64,000 nt of DNA from an uncultured Christensenella sp. (GTDB lineage: Bacteria > Bacillota > Clostridia > Christensenellales > UBA1242): NCBI GenBank assembly GCA_949841595.1, contig CATKZB010000003.1, positions 32,320 through 96,319 on the forward strand, written 5' to 3'. The notes below the pieces were generated by a model. It had not been told where the DNA came from. It made no database searches and saw nothing but the letters and a program-made list of their open reading frames with translations. Below are positions 9,953 to 20,398 of the stretch, one piece after another; the stretch's first letter is position 1, and the number at the start of each line of letters is the position of its first letter. A program made the position numbers and the translations under genes.

Positions 9953-11482
9953 TTAACCTCTCTTTTGATAGTAGATAACAATATTTTCATCTTTTTCAAG
10001 AGGGAAAGTGAGTTCTGGATTTTGCAAGCATATTGTTTCTTCTCTGACTTTAACATTTTTTGCAATATCCCAAGCAGTTTGACCTTGGTTTGCAAAAACA
10101 AGTTCGATAGCACAGTCTTTTTCTGGATGTTCTGTTGAAGTTTCAATTCTTGAAATAACTGCTCCTATATCTTCGCAATCATATTCCACATTAATTTTAA
10201 GTTTTGCATCAAAATAGAATTCTCTTCCTTTCTTAACAACAACATCTACATCATATAACACAGCAGATGCTTCAACTTGTGCATTTTCACATTCAACACT
10301 AGCCTTATCAGAAACCACAAAAGGAACTTCGATTGTCACACTGTGCAAAGAATTTGTTTCATCATTCAAATAAACAACATTAGTTTTGGTCACACCTTCA
10401 ACAAAAACTTCACCGTTTTTAAGATATGCATTTGTAAGGCAAAGATTTGACCCACCAACAAACATAATCTTATCAACTCTTGGTCTATCTTCATCCAAAC
10501 TTAAATTTCCATCTATCTTAGCTTCAAAATAGTCTCCTGCAAGTTCTTTTGACATTTCAAAAGATTCGGTCGAAACTTCAAGTTCGCACTTTGTGCTGTA
10601 AACATCTTTAATCACCACTTCATTTCTTTCTTGATAAGAAATAACTCTGATTTCAACAGGTGTAGTCAATTTGATATTTACGCCTTTTTCAACTTCTTCA
10701 AGTTCGCATCTGACAGCATTCTTCTTTACACATGCCAAGGCTTCACTTATCGATTCTCTTGTTACACCTTCAAGCTCCAATTCTTCTTTGAAACTTTCAG
10801 TAACATAACAAGATTCAAATCTGTCTTTTTCTGTCAAATACAAAATTCTTGTAACAACTTCTCCTCCAACAGAGACGAAATTGACTCCACTTTCAACACT
10901 CTTGACAGAAACTTGGCTGTCTGACAGCAAAACTTTTTTCACAGGTTCTTTGATTGAAACTTCAGTTTCAACAGAGAAGACTTCTTTTGCTTCTCCAACC
11001 AAAGTGTTGATCAAAATTTCATCTTCTTTCAGACATGTGTCATCATCACCACATTTAACATTGTTCACTTCTCTTGTCAAAATCAAAACACCTGATTGAA
11101 CACATGTGCAATCGATTTTGATGTTGTTTGAAGTCACACTGTCAACTTGGCAATCTTCAACTTCAACTTTAATGCCGACCTTGTCACCGACACAAATCAT
11201 TTCATCATCAAACTTAGACGTGAATGGACACGAAGATGTGATTGTCCCGATTTCACCATCAACTGTGCAATAAAGCACACACAAATCTATCGTTCCTGCG
11301 TAATTTACGACTCCATTCAAAATCTCTGCTGAATCAACTTGTGCAGTATGGCAAACAGACAATATTTTGTCTATCTCCACTTCCACAGCAACGTTGCATT
11401 CAACATTGAATTGAGATTTTTCAAGTCGTTTTTTCTTCACCACTGTAAATTTGTTCATTTCAAAAGACATAATCCCCTCCAA
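9953..11482 (-). CDS. Repeat-rich protein, possibly DUF3794/SPOCS-type (sporulation-associated), function unknown
   Basis: 509-aa ORF that is acidic and valine-rich, with internally repeating beta-rich segments. The family assignment comes from memory of similar clostridial proteins and is not verified. Confidence 0.5.
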   Translation of the reverse strand: MEGIMSFEMNKFTVVKKKRLEKSQFNVECNVAVEVEIDKILSVCHTAQVDSAEILNGVVNYAGTIDLCVLYCTVDGEIGTITSSCPFTSKFDDEMICVGDKVGIKVEVEDCQVDSVTSNNIKIDCTCVQSGVLILTREVNNVKCGDDDTCLKEDEILINTLVGEAKEVFSVETEVSIKEPVKKVLLSDSQVSVKSVESGVNFVSVGGEVVTRILYLTEKDRFESCYVTESFKEELELEGVTRESISEALACVKKNAVRCELEEVEKGVNIKLTTPVEIRVISYQERNEVVIKDVYSTKCELEVSTESFEMSKELAGDYFEAKIDGNLSLDEDRPRVDKIMFVGGSNLCLTNAYLKNGEVFVEGVTKTNVVYLNDETNSLHSVTIEVPFVVSDKASVECENAQVEASAVLYDVDVVVKKGREFYFDAKLKINVEYDCEDIGAVISRIETSTEHPEKDCAIELVFANQGQTAWDIAKNVKVREETICLQNPELTFPLEKDENIVIYYQKRG

Positions 11483-11582
11483 ATCAAAAACTATTATATA
11501 TTACTTTGCAACTTTGAAGGTTAGAACAAAAATTTGAATAAATTTTATCCTTTGTGTCAAAAATCATCAAAAGGAGTTGACA

Positions 11583-11813
11583 ATGAGAAAAATAAATTAT
11601 GGTCTTGATGAAATCAAGCTCAAAATATCAAATTTAAAAGGTCAGAATGTGAAAATGAGCATAAATCGAGGGCGAAAAAAGATTGAATCACTCACTGCAA
11701 TCATAAAAGATGTCTATCCAAGTGTGTTTACAATCAAGACATCCGATGAAAAGCTTCAAACTTTTTCTTATTTTGATGTGATGTGTGGAAATGTCGTTTT
11801 AAATGAGGGATAA
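11583..11813 (+). CDS. veg: Veg protein (biofilm/sporulation-associated small DNA-binding protein)
   Basis: LDEIKLKISNLKGQNVKMSINRGRKKIESLTAIIKDVYPSVFTI matches the B. subtilis Veg pattern (GGRRK...ETYPSVF). The ATG at 11583 follows an AAGGAG RBS. Confidence 0.85.
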   Translation: MRKINYGLDEIKLKISNLKGQNVKMSINRGRKKIESLTAIIKDVYPSVFTIKTSDEKLQTFSYFDVMCGNVVLNEG

Positions 11814-11864
11814 CCCCTCTTTTTACATAAAAAACATCTCTTGGATTTAAGAGATGTTTGTTTT

Positions 11865-14519
11865 TTATTTTTTTCTTCGGAAGAAACTTTTCTTACTCCT
11901 TGAATATCGAATTGCAGATTGAGCTGCTGCCAACCTTGCAACTGGCACTCTGTAAGGTGAACAAGAAACATAATTTAAACCTATTCTATGGAAATATTCA
12001 ATTGCAACCGGTTCTCCACCATGTTCTCCACACACACCTAGTTCTATATCTGGTCTTGTGCTTTTCCCAAGTTCTGAGGCAATTCTCAATATTTTGCCAA
12101 CTCCATTTTGGTCAAGTTTAACAAATGGATTGGAATCAAATATTTTCTTTGAATAATAATCATCCAAAAATTTCCAAGAATCATCTCGAGAAAATCCATA
12201 TGTGAGTTGAGTCAAGTCGTTTGTTCCAAAAGAGAAAAATTCAGCAAACTTGGCAATTTGATCAGCAGTTATGGCTGCCCTTGGGACTTCAATCATTGTC
12301 CCAACTTTATATTTCAAACTAGCGTTTGTCTCTTGCAAAATCTTGTCTGCTTTTGCAACAACAATATCTTTAACAAACTTAAATTCTGCACAGTCACTTG
12401 TAAGAGGGATCATAAGTTCTGGACAAAGTTCCGTTCTGTTTTCTTTTTGAACTTCAATTGCTGCTCTTATGATTGCTTCAGTTTGCATTTCCACAATCTC
12501 AGGATAAGAAATTGCAATTCTCAAACCTCTATGCCCCATCATAGGATTGACTTCATGCAAACTGTTTACTTTTGCTTTAAGCTCGTCAAAAGTCATATTT
12601 AAAGATTTTGCCAAAGAAGTAAGTTCTTCATCACTTTGTGGCAAGAACTCATTAAAAGGAGGATCAAGAAATCTTATTGTGACAGGTTTTCCTTTCATTG
12701 CTTTGAAAATAGCTTTGAAATCTTCTTTCTGTTTTGGCAACAGCTTGTTTAAAGCTGACATTCTTTCTTTAACTGAATCCGATATAATAAGTTCTCTAAT
12801 CAATTTCAGACTTGTTTTATCCAAAAACATATGTTCAGTTCTACATAAACCAATGCCTTCTGCACCAAGTTTTGCTGCAAGTTCAGTGTCATTTGCATTG
12901 TCTGCATTTGCTCTGACGCCCATTTCTCTATATTTATCTGACCACTTCATGATTGTTACGAAATCATTAGAAAGTTTTGCTTCTTCAGTTGGAATTTCTC
13001 CTTCATAAATCTTTCCTGTTGAACCATCAAAAGATATGTCATCGCCTTCTTTATATTTATTTCCTCCCAAAGTGAATGATTTTTTGTCATCAGCAAAAAC
13101 AATATCACTGCATCCTGCCACACAACAAATTCCATTTCCTCTTGCAACAACTGAAGCATGAGATGTCATACCTCCTCTTGTTGTCAAAAAGCCTTCAACA
13201 AAATTAAGTTGTCTCACATCTTCTGAAGAAAGTTCTGGAACAACAAGCACAACTTTTTCTTTTTTTGCACTGGTTCTTATTGCTTTGTCTGCACTAAAGC
13301 ATATTTTTCCACTTGCTGCACCAGGAGAAACTGGAATCCCTTCACCAATAGGTTTTGCTTTCTTAATTGCACTATCGACAAAAGCTTGATGCATAAGTGT
13401 GTCCATCTGCCTTGGATCAATCATAAGGAGTGCATTCTTTTCATCTAAAACTTTTTCTTTAACAAAGTCCATGGCAATTTTCAGTCCTGCTTTTGCTGTT
13501 CTTCTGCCATTTCTTGTCTGAAGTATATACAATTTGTTCTTTTCAATTGTAAATTCCACTTCTTGCATGTCTTTGTAATGTTTTTCCAATTTTTGCAAAA
13601 TTGTGACAAACTGAGTGTAAATTTCTGGGCTTTTTCTTTGCAATTGAGAAATTGGAAGCAAAGTTCTTGTTCCAGAAGTTATGTCTTCTCCTTGAGCATT
13701 GATTAAAAATTCACCATAAATTTCTTTTTTGCCTGTTGCAGGGTTTCTTGTAAACACAACACCTGTTGAACAATCATCTCCCATGTTTCCAAAAACCATA
13801 GTCTGAACACTTACACCCGTCCCCCAACTGTAAGGAATGTCGTGCATTTTTCTGTACACTTCTGCTCTAGGGTTGTCCCAAGATTTAAAAACAGCCTTAA
13901 CAGCTTCAACCAACTGAACTTTTGGATCTTGTGGCAATTCTGCATTTTGAATTTCGCGATACAGCCTTTTATACATCAAAACAATTTTCTTCAAAGCTTC
14001 TATGGAAAGATCTTTATCAAGAGCAACACCTTGTTTTGCTTTAACTTGATCTAAAATCTCTTCATATCTTTGTACGTCATGTTGCATAACAAGTGTTGCA
14101 AACATAAAAATAAAACGGCGATAAGAATCGTAAGCAAACCACTCATTCTTAGTGAGTTTTGCAAGTCCTTTGACAACTTCATCATTAATACCGACATCCA
14201 AAATGGTGTCCATCATACCTGGCATAGAAACCCTTGCTCCTGATCTTACTGCAACAAGAAGTGGATTTTCAGCTTTGCCTAAATTTTTTCCTGTCAATTT
14301 TTCAAGTTGCTCCAACTTTTTTTCAATTTGAGCACTTATATCATTTTTTAATAACTTTCCATCTTCAAAATATTTTGTGCAAGCTTCTGTTGTAATTAAA
14401 AATCCTTGTGGAACAGGCAAACCAATTTTTGTCATCTGTGCTAAATTTGCCCCTTTTGCACCAAAAAGCACTTTATCTTCCCCATCAGCTTCTTTAAACA
14501 AATAAACAAACTTCTTCAT
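11865..14519 (-). CDS. ppdK: Pyruvate, phosphate dikinase
   Basis: 884 aa. It has the N-terminal MKKFVYLFKEADGEDKVLFGAKGANLAQMTKIGLPVPQGF, the phospho-histidine region GGMTSHASVVARG and a C-terminal PEP-utilising domain. Confidence 0.95.
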   Translation of the reverse strand: MKKFVYLFKEADGEDKVLFGAKGANLAQMTKIGLPVPQGFLITTEACTKYFEDGKLLKNDISAQIEKKLEQLEKLTGKNLGKAENPLLVAVRSGARVSMPGMMDTILDVGINDEVVKGLAKLTKNEWFAYDSYRRFIFMFATLVMQHDVQRYEEILDQVKAKQGVALDKDLSIEALKKIVLMYKRLYREIQNAELPQDPKVQLVEAVKAVFKSWDNPRAEVYRKMHDIPYSWGTGVSVQTMVFGNMGDDCSTGVVFTRNPATGKKEIYGEFLINAQGEDITSGTRTLLPISQLQRKSPEIYTQFVTILQKLEKHYKDMQEVEFTIEKNKLYILQTRNGRRTAKAGLKIAMDFVKEKVLDEKNALLMIDPRQMDTLMHQAFVDSAIKKAKPIGEGIPVSPGAASGKICFSADKAIRTSAKKEKVVLVVPELSSEDVRQLNFVEGFLTTRGGMTSHASVVARGNGICCVAGCSDIVFADDKKSFTLGGNKYKEGDDISFDGSTGKIYEGEIPTEEAKLSNDFVTIMKWSDKYREMGVRANADNANDTELAAKLGAEGIGLCRTEHMFLDKTSLKLIRELIISDSVKERMSALNKLLPKQKEDFKAIFKAMKGKPVTIRFLDPPFNEFLPQSDEELTSLAKSLNMTFDELKAKVNSLHEVNPMMGHRGLRIAISYPEIVEMQTEAIIRAAIEVQKENRTELCPELMIPLTSDCAEFKFVKDIVVAKADKILQETNASLKYKVGTMIEVPRAAITADQIAKFAEFFSFGTNDLTQLTYGFSRDDSWKFLDDYYSKKIFDSNPFVKLDQNGVGKILRIASELGKSTRPDIELGVCGEHGGEPVAIEYFHRIGLNYVSCSPYRVPVARLAAAQSAIRYSRSKKSFFRRKK

Positions 14520-14620
14520 GTAAAACTCCCTTTCTTAATGTTATTATATCAAAAACAATTTTTGTTTAGCAAACAAATTGAATTTTTTTCTTTATATATA
14601 AGAAAAAGGCATTCAGCCTT

Positions 14621-15199
14621 TTAAATTATGTTTCCAATATATTCCAACAATTTCTCTTTTCCATAAAAATTTTCAGAAGAAAACCCCATTATCAATTCTC
14701 TTCTCACGCCTATTTCCTTGGCAATTGCATTGCATGCTTGAGGAATCTTTGATTTTGCAATTTTATCCACTTTGGTTGCAATAATAAGGTATGGTATTTG
14801 ATAATTATTTAAAAACTCAAGCATCATCTTATCAAGTTCGTTTGGCTTATGTCTTGAATCCAGAAGCACAAAAACGGTTTTTAGATTGGGTGAATTTAAA
14901 AGATAGTCCTCCATAAGTCCTGCCCAATTTGCAATGTGTTTATGACCTGTTTTTGCATAACCATATCCTGGCAAATCGACAATCCTAAATCTTTCATTGA
15001 CAACAAAATAGTTTATCATTTTTGTAAGGCCGGGAGTGGACGATGTTTTTGCCAAATTTTTCTGCCCCACCAAAGCATTGATAAGAGAAGACTTGCCAAC
15101 ATTGCTTCTGCCGACAAATGCAAACTCAACCATATCATCTTTCAATATATCTTTAGAATTAACCACTGAAGTTAAATATCTTGCACTAGTAATTTTCAT
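14621..15199 (-). CDS. engB: Ribosome-biogenesis GTPase EngB/YsxC
   Basis: 192 aa with G1 GRSNVGKSSLINAL, G3 DLPGYGY and G4 TKVDK. Confidence 0.9.
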   Translation of the reverse strand: MKITSARYLTSVVNSKDILKDDMVEFAFVGRSNVGKSSLINALVGQKNLAKTSSTPGLTKMINYFVVNERFRIVDLPGYGYAKTGHKHIANWAGLMEDYLLNSPNLKTVFVLLDSRHKPNELDKMMLEFLNNYQIPYLIIATKVDKIAKSKIPQACNAIAKEIGVRRELIMGFSSENFYGKEKLLEYIGNII

Positions 15200-15303
15200 A
15201 TGATGATTATATCATGAAATTCTGGCAAAATCAAATAAAAAATATTTAAAAAATTTTAACTTTTACTTTACTTTTTTTAATTAAAAAAATTATAATATGT
15301 ATT

Positions 15304-15795
15304 ATGAAAAATCAAAATGTTTGGCAAGCAATAAAATTTTTGTTATTTTCGATTTCTGCTGGAGTAATTCAAATTGGCAGTTTCACAATCTTAAATGAAT
15401 TTATCATCAAAGATACTGGAATGGAATATGGGTGGTCATATTTTATTTCTTTGACACTTTCTGTTTTATGGAATTTCACATTCAACAGAAAATTCACTTT
15501 TAAATCTGCGAATAATGTCCCAATTGCAATGCTGGAAGTTGTGGCATATTATGTTGTTTTTACACCACTCTCAATTTGGTGGGGAGAAGCGCTAACAAAT
15601 CAAGCTCATTGGAATGAATATTTGGTGCTTGCTTTCACGATGGTTATTAATTTTGTCACTGAATTCTTATATCAAAAATATGTTGTATTCAGAAATTCAA
15701 TTGACACGGCTGTGAAAAAACAAAAGAACAAAAAAGTTGAAGATAACACAGAACTTGAGCAAACTTCAGAGAATAAAGAAAATAAAAATGACTAG
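15304..15795 (+). CDS. GtrA-family membrane protein
   Basis: 163 aa with four hydrophobic segments, the GtrA-like N-terminus (AIKFLLFSISAGVIQIGSF) and a conserved NF.FNRKFTF motif. Confidence 0.7.
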   Translation: MKNQNVWQAIKFLLFSISAGVIQIGSFTILNEFIIKDTGMEYGWSYFISLTLSVLWNFTFNRKFTFKSANNVPIAMLEVVAYYVVFTPLSIWWGEALTNQAHWNEYLVLAFTMVINFVTEFLYQKYVVFRNSIDTAVKKQKNKKVEDNTELEQTSENKENKND

Positions 15796-15829
15796 TTTAT
15801 ACATATAAAAATAAGGGAAAAGTGTTTAA

Positions 15830-16498
15830 ATGAAAAAAGAATATGACAAGTCTTTGCCAAATTTCACCAAAGGAGAAGAAATTTTTAATGCAGTCACCCA
15901 TATAGTTGGTGGTGGTTTTGGTGTTATTTTTCTTTTTGCTGGCGTTGTGTGTGCCCATTTATATAGTGATTGGGTCGGAATCTTAAGTATGTATATTTAT
16001 GGTATTTGCATGATTATTGCCTATACTATGAGTGCAATTTATCATTTCCTTCGCCCAAATCGTGCAAAAAAAGTTTTCAGAATTTTCGATCATTGTTCAA
16101 TTTTTCTTTTGATAGCAGGCTCTTACACTCCCTATTGTCTTGTGACATTGTCCACTGTACCTGCTTGGGGCTATACACTTTTTGCTGTTGTTTGGGCACT
16201 TTCAATTTTGGGAATTGTGCTGAATGCAATCAATATGTATAAATGGAAAGCTTTAAGCATGGTTTTATATCTGGCACTTGGTTGGTGCATTGTCATTGCT
16301 TTTGTCCCTCTTACACAAAATTTGAACATGGCAGGTTTTTGGTGGCTGCTTGCAGGTGGAATACTTTACACAGTTGGTGCCGTTTTCTTTGGACTAGGAA
16401 GAAAAATCAGATACATTCACAGCATTTGGCATCTTTTTGTCTTGTTTGGTAGCATCTGTCAGTTTGTCTCAATATTGTTTTATGTGATAATAAAATAA
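15830..16498 (+). CDS. Hemolysin-III / PAQR family membrane protein
   Basis: 222 aa, 7-TM, with conserved NAVTHIVG, DHCSIFLLIAGSYTP and HSIWHLFVLFGS motifs. Confidence 0.85.
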   Translation: MKKEYDKSLPNFTKGEEIFNAVTHIVGGGFGVIFLFAGVVCAHLYSDWVGILSMYIYGICMIIAYTMSAIYHFLRPNRAKKVFRIFDHCSIFLLIAGSYTPYCLVTLSTVPAWGYTLFAVVWALSILGIVLNAINMYKWKALSMVLYLALGWCIVIAFVPLTQNLNMAGFWWLLAGGILYTVGAVFFGLGRKIRYIHSIWHLFVLFGSICQFVSILFYVIIK

Positions 16499-16503
16499 GT
16501 CGA

Positions 16504-17379
16504 TCACTTCGACTTATTTTTTTCTTTAACTATCCAATGATCATCTTCAAAAAATAGTGTTTTGTTCGGTTTTAAATTTCTCTTAAACTTTTCATCTCCA
16601 AAGCCACAATCTTGAATTTCATACCATTCTTTTGCCACTCTTTGAGTGACTTCAAAGGTTTGTTTCATAAGTTTTTCAGAACGGCTCTTTTCATCTGGCA
16701 AAGTTTTGTCTATTTCAATAGGCTTGCAGATTGCAAAATAAAGTTTTGTTTTAAATTTTCCATTCTTTTTAGGTTTTCTTTTAAAAAGCACAACAAGAGG
16801 CAGAACTGGCACATCATTTTTAACAGCCATAGAAAACGCACCTCTTTTATAAGGCCTGATTTCTCTATATCCTGGCCATAACGAGCCTTCTGGATTATAA
16901 AGGACAGGTTTTCCTTTCTTAAGCAAAAAGCTGATATCTTCATTAAACTTTTTCATGCCAGAAATGCTTTCAGCTGGGATTGGAATTCCTCCCAACGAAC
17001 GCAAGAAGAATCCTATCATAGGTCTTTTAATGTTTCTGTCGAGTGTTGTGAAATAGATTTTTCTCCAACAAAACAAATTTGAACCGACGCTTAAATCATC
17101 AAACAAATGCACGTGATTGCATGTGATAACAAAGGGTTTTCCTTTCAATTTCTTTTGATTTTCCACCCCAAAAGTCCACATATGATATTTCAAAACCATA
17201 TAAGGATTGAAAACCATTATTGCAAGCGCCCTAAAAAACGCTGACCACATTCTGAAAAAAATGTTTCGTGGACGGAAGCTATAATTGCCATCAAACTGAA
17301 CTTTTCTTTTTTCATTCTTGATTGTCAAAACATTGCCATCAAGCTGATCTGGTCTTTCTACACCATCTTTATCTATCAT
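16504..17379 (-). CDS. Lysophospholipid (1-acyl-glycerol-3-phosphate-type) acyltransferase
   Basis: 291 aa with the HX4D motif (CNHVHLFDD) and an NPEGS block typical of the PlsC family. Confidence 0.75.
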   Translation of the reverse strand: MIDKDGVERPDQLDGNVLTIKNEKRKVQFDGNYSFRPRNIFFRMWSAFFRALAIMVFNPYMVLKYHMWTFGVENQKKLKGKPFVITCNHVHLFDDLSVGSNLFCWRKIYFTTLDRNIKRPMIGFFLRSLGGIPIPAESISGMKKFNEDISFLLKKGKPVLYNPEGSLWPGYREIRPYKRGAFSMAVKNDVPVLPLVVLFKRKPKKNGKFKTKLYFAICKPIEIDKTLPDEKSRSEKLMKQTFEVTQRVAKEWYEIQDCGFGDEKFKRNLKPNKTLFFEDDHWIVKEKNKSK

Positions 17380-17391
17380 AATTTCTCCTTA

Positions 17392-17637
17392 TCAGTATCT
17401 TCCTTCAAGTTCTATATCTTTAAAGAGTTCATCATTAAAAAAATCATAAATGCTGATTTCCAATGCTTGACAAAGGTCAAGAATTGTTCTTGTCCCCACA
17501 TTCTTGCTTTTGCCATAAAAAATGCTTTTCAACGACCCAGCTGGCATGCCAGCCATGGTTGCAAGTTTGTTTGGAGTTATATTTCTCTCAACACAAAGTT
17601 TGATAATACGTTCACTTATTGCTCTATCAAGTATCAT
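17392..17637 (-). CDS. XRE-family helix-turn-helix transcriptional regulator
   Basis: 81 aa with the HTH_3 pattern (ITPNKLATMAGMPAGSLKSIFYGKSKNVGTRTILDLCQAL). Confidence 0.8.
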   Translation of the reverse strand: MILDRAISERIIKLCVERNITPNKLATMAGMPAGSLKSIFYGKSKNVGTRTILDLCQALEISIYDFFNDELFKDIELEGRY

Positions 17638-17814
17638 TTCATCCTCGCAGTTAAATCTTCTATTATTCTAACAAACTAACCTTATAAACATGGAAGACAT
17701 ATATTCTATTTAAACTTATTTGGAAATTTATATTAGTTGATTTGAACATTCAAAAATTTAAAAACTTAACCTTTAACGAATACTTAACATAAATATTCTT
17801 GATAGGAGATTTTT

Positions 17815-19116
17815 ATGAGTAACTATTTTGGCACAGATGGCATCAGAGGAGAATATGGAAAAGCACTTACTGCAAATTTGGCATTTTCAATTGGAAATGC
17901 TTTAACGCAAATCAAAATCAAACCCAAAGTGATAATCGGACACGACACACGATTGTCTGCCGATCCACTGTTATTGGCTTTGAGTGCAGGGATTGTTCAA
18001 GGTGGAGGAAGTGTGATTAATGTGGGTACAATTCCAACTGCAGGCATCTCTTTTTTAACAGATAAAGAAAAGTTTGATTTTGGAATTATCATCACTGCAT
18101 CCCACAATCCACCAAATTACAACGGAATAAAAATTTTTGACAGCAATGGGGTCAAATTATCTGATTCAAAAGAAAACTTTTTGGAAGAATTTTTCAAAAA
18201 CAATTTCACAAGTGACACATGTGGTTCGTTTAAAGAAGATGAGAAATTTCAAAATAAATATATAAAGCATCTTTTAGACAGTGTATCTTGCCATATGGAA
18301 AACATGAAAATTTGTCTAGACGGAAGCAATGGCGCAAGCTATAAAATTGCACCAAAAGTGTTTAAAACACTCGGGGCAAAAATTTTCACTTATGCATGTA
18401 AAAATGATGGTGCAAAAATAAACACAAACTGTGGCTCACTTCACATTGAACATTTGACAAACAAAGTGTTGAAAAACAATGCTGACATTGGTTTTGCATT
18501 TGATGGTGATGCTGATCGTGTTGTTGCAGTCAGCAAATCAGGAAAAGTTTTTGATGGCGATAAATTATTGTATATTTTGGCATGTCACATGAAGGAACAA
18601 GGACTTTTGTATGCCAATTCAGTTGTTGGCACAAGCCACACAAACAGTGGAATTATGGTTGGGCTCAATCGACACAAAATAAACTTGATAAGGACTGATA
18701 TTGGAGATAAATATGTCATTGAAGCCATGAATAAAATGAATTTGATACTAGGTGGTGAACAATCTGGACATATAATCATCAAGACTCATGCTCAAACTGG
18801 TGACGGAATTTTAACAGCTCTAAAAATATGTGAAATTATCAAGATAACAGGCAAGTCGTTGGATGAACTTTTTGATGCACAACTCATTCCACAAGCAAAC
18901 ATAAATCTTAAAGTTAAAGATAAGATCAAAATCTTAAACAATGAAAATCTTAAAAATTTGATAAACAAAATTGCAAATGAGATTGCCCCTGCAGGAAGAG
19001 TTATGGTAAGAGCAAGTGGAACAGAAGAAAAAATAAGAATCATGATTGAACATCCAAATTTGTCAAAAGCAAATTGCTATGCCAATCAAATCAAAACTTT
19101 GATAGACAAAATATAA
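17815..19116 (+). CDS. glmM: Phosphoglucosamine mutase
   Basis: 433 aa with YFGTDGIRG, the active-site TASHNPPNYNGIK, FDGDADR and GEQSGH motifs. Confidence 0.92.
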   Translation: MSNYFGTDGIRGEYGKALTANLAFSIGNALTQIKIKPKVIIGHDTRLSADPLLLALSAGIVQGGGSVINVGTIPTAGISFLTDKEKFDFGIIITASHNPPNYNGIKIFDSNGVKLSDSKENFLEEFFKNNFTSDTCGSFKEDEKFQNKYIKHLLDSVSCHMENMKICLDGSNGASYKIAPKVFKTLGAKIFTYACKNDGAKINTNCGSLHIEHLTNKVLKNNADIGFAFDGDADRVVAVSKSGKVFDGDKLLYILACHMKEQGLLYANSVVGTSHTNSGIMVGLNRHKINLIRTDIGDKYVIEAMNKMNLILGGEQSGHIIIKTHAQTGDGILTALKICEIIKITGKSLDELFDAQLIPQANINLKVKDKIKILNNENLKNLINKIANEIAPAGRVMVRASGTEEKIRIMIEHPNLSKANCYANQIKTLIDKI

Positions 19117-19117
19117 G

Positions 19118-19144
19118 AAAAAACCACATTTTCATGTGGTTTTA
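19118..19144. terminator. Bidirectional intrinsic terminator between glmM and the MarR gene
   Basis: CCACAT (19124-19129), loop TTTC, ATGTGG (19134-19139), with flanking A and T runs. Confidence 0.7.
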
Positions 19145-19573
19145 TGCTTTCTCTTTATCAATTTGCTCGGTCATTATTTTCATTATCTTGTCAATTTTTT
19201 TGCATTCTTTCTTATCTAAATTTTGTTTTAGGTCATTGACAATAACATAATCTTCTTTATTTTCGTAAAAATCAAAAAACTTTTGTGTTGGAACTAAAAT
19301 ATATTCCCTTCCATCTTTTTTGGATTTCTCTTTTGTGATAAATCCTTTCTTAATCAATTGCTTAACTTTGTAAGTTGCATTTGGTGAAGAAATGTCCAAA
19401 AAGTTTGCAAATTGTGAAACTGTTGGATTCCCCATAAGATAAATACATTCAAGACAAAAATATTCCGAAGATGACAACGATTCTTCTTTGTCACTGATTC
19501 TGTGGAACATGTTCTTGTAAATTATCAACTTTATCTTTTTATAAAACTTATTTACTGATTTTTTTAATTTCAT
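19142..19573 (-). CDS. MarR-family transcriptional regulator
   Basis: 143 aa with a winged-helix segment (TVSQFANFLDISSPNATYKVKQLIKKGFITKEKSKKDGREYIL). Confidence 0.75.
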   Translation of the reverse strand: MKLKKSVNKFYKKIKLIIYKNMFHRISDKEESLSSSEYFCLECIYLMGNPTVSQFANFLDISSPNATYKVKQLIKKGFITKEKSKKDGREYILVPTQKFFDFYENKEDYVIVNDLKQNLDKKECKKIDKIMKIMTEQIDKEKA

Positions 19574-19674
19574 ATTTCCTTCTCAAAATTGAATGTATTT
19601 TAACATTATCCAGAAAGAAAAACAAGTGTTTTATTAAAAGTTTTTAACTATTTTACAAAATTGTTAAAATTTCT

Positions 19675-20115
19675 TTAACTTAAAATTTTATTTCTCAATG
19701 TTTTATATTCTTCATCTGTTATAACGCCATTTTCATGCATTCTTTCCAAATCTTCCAATTCCTGCTTAATTTTGTCTATATTATTGTTTGAAGGTTTGGA
19801 ATCATCTGTGTTATCTTTAATTGTTTCGGCAGATTTCATTTCATTGATTGTGTTGTAAGTCAAAACTGCAAACACAATAGCAATTGCTCCTGCAGGCAAT
19901 GTGCAAGCTCCAAAAATCACTCCCCAAACCAACAAAGTTGTGTTGTTTTCTTTAAGTTGTTTTTGGCTGTAATTTTCTGCCTTTCCCATTGCATTAGATC
20001 CAATGATCATAGGCACACCAAAAATTATACCTATCAACGTGATACATAACAAAATACCCACAATAAGCATAAAAATTCTCATTAAATTGAAATAAACTTT
20101 AACATCAACTTTCAT
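19675..20115 (-). CDS. Membrane protein with C-terminal SHOCT domain
   Basis: 146 aa with hydrophobic helices and a C-terminal LERMHENGVITDEEYKTLRNKIL (SHOCT pattern). Confidence 0.7.
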   Translation of the reverse strand: MKVDVKVYFNLMRIFMLIVGILLCITLIGIIFGVPMIIGSNAMGKAENYSQKQLKENNTTLLVWGVIFGACTLPAGAIAIVFAVLTYNTINEMKSAETIKDNTDDSKPSNNNIDKIKQELEDLERMHENGVITDEEYKTLRNKILS

Positions 20116-20200
20116 ATTTTCTCCTTACAAAATAAGTTTACAACAAATTTCGCAAAATGTCAATGTGAAAAAACTAATTTATTTTTATTATTAAATTTTA

Positions 20201-20229
20201 TTGAAAATTTTTCTTTTTTATGTTAATAT
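20201..20229 (+). promoter_or_regulatory. Sigma-A-type promoter of tRNA-Glu
   Basis: TTGAAA (20201-20206), a 17-nt spacer, then TAATAT (20224-20229), about 20 nt upstream of the tRNA 5' end. Confidence 0.5.
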
Positions 20230-20248
20230 ATAAGTGCAAAGATATCAT

Positions 20249-20323
20249 GGTCCTATGGTCAAGTGGTTAAGACGCCACCCTCTCACGGTGGAATCAAGGG
20301 TTCGATTCCCTTTAGGACTACCA
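20249..20323 (+). tRNA. tRNA-Glu, anticodon CUC, with encoded CCA
   Basis: Hand-folded cloverleaf: acceptor GGTCCTA/TAGGACT, anticodon stem CCACC/GGTGG, loop C-T-CTC-A-C, T-arm AAGGG-TTCGATT-CCCTT, and 3' ACCA. Confidence 0.9.
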
Positions 20324-20398
20324 ACCGAGCATAAAGCGAACTATTATTTCAAAGGTGGCTTTGCAATAACAATTTGGCTTTAAGAAAAACAGCATCTA

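Noticed and set aside
19675-20115. Two SHOCT-domain membrane proteins (here and at 44143-44862) as a possible paired system
   Set aside because: They are 24 kb apart, in unrelated contexts, and share only the short, common C-terminal SHOCT motif.
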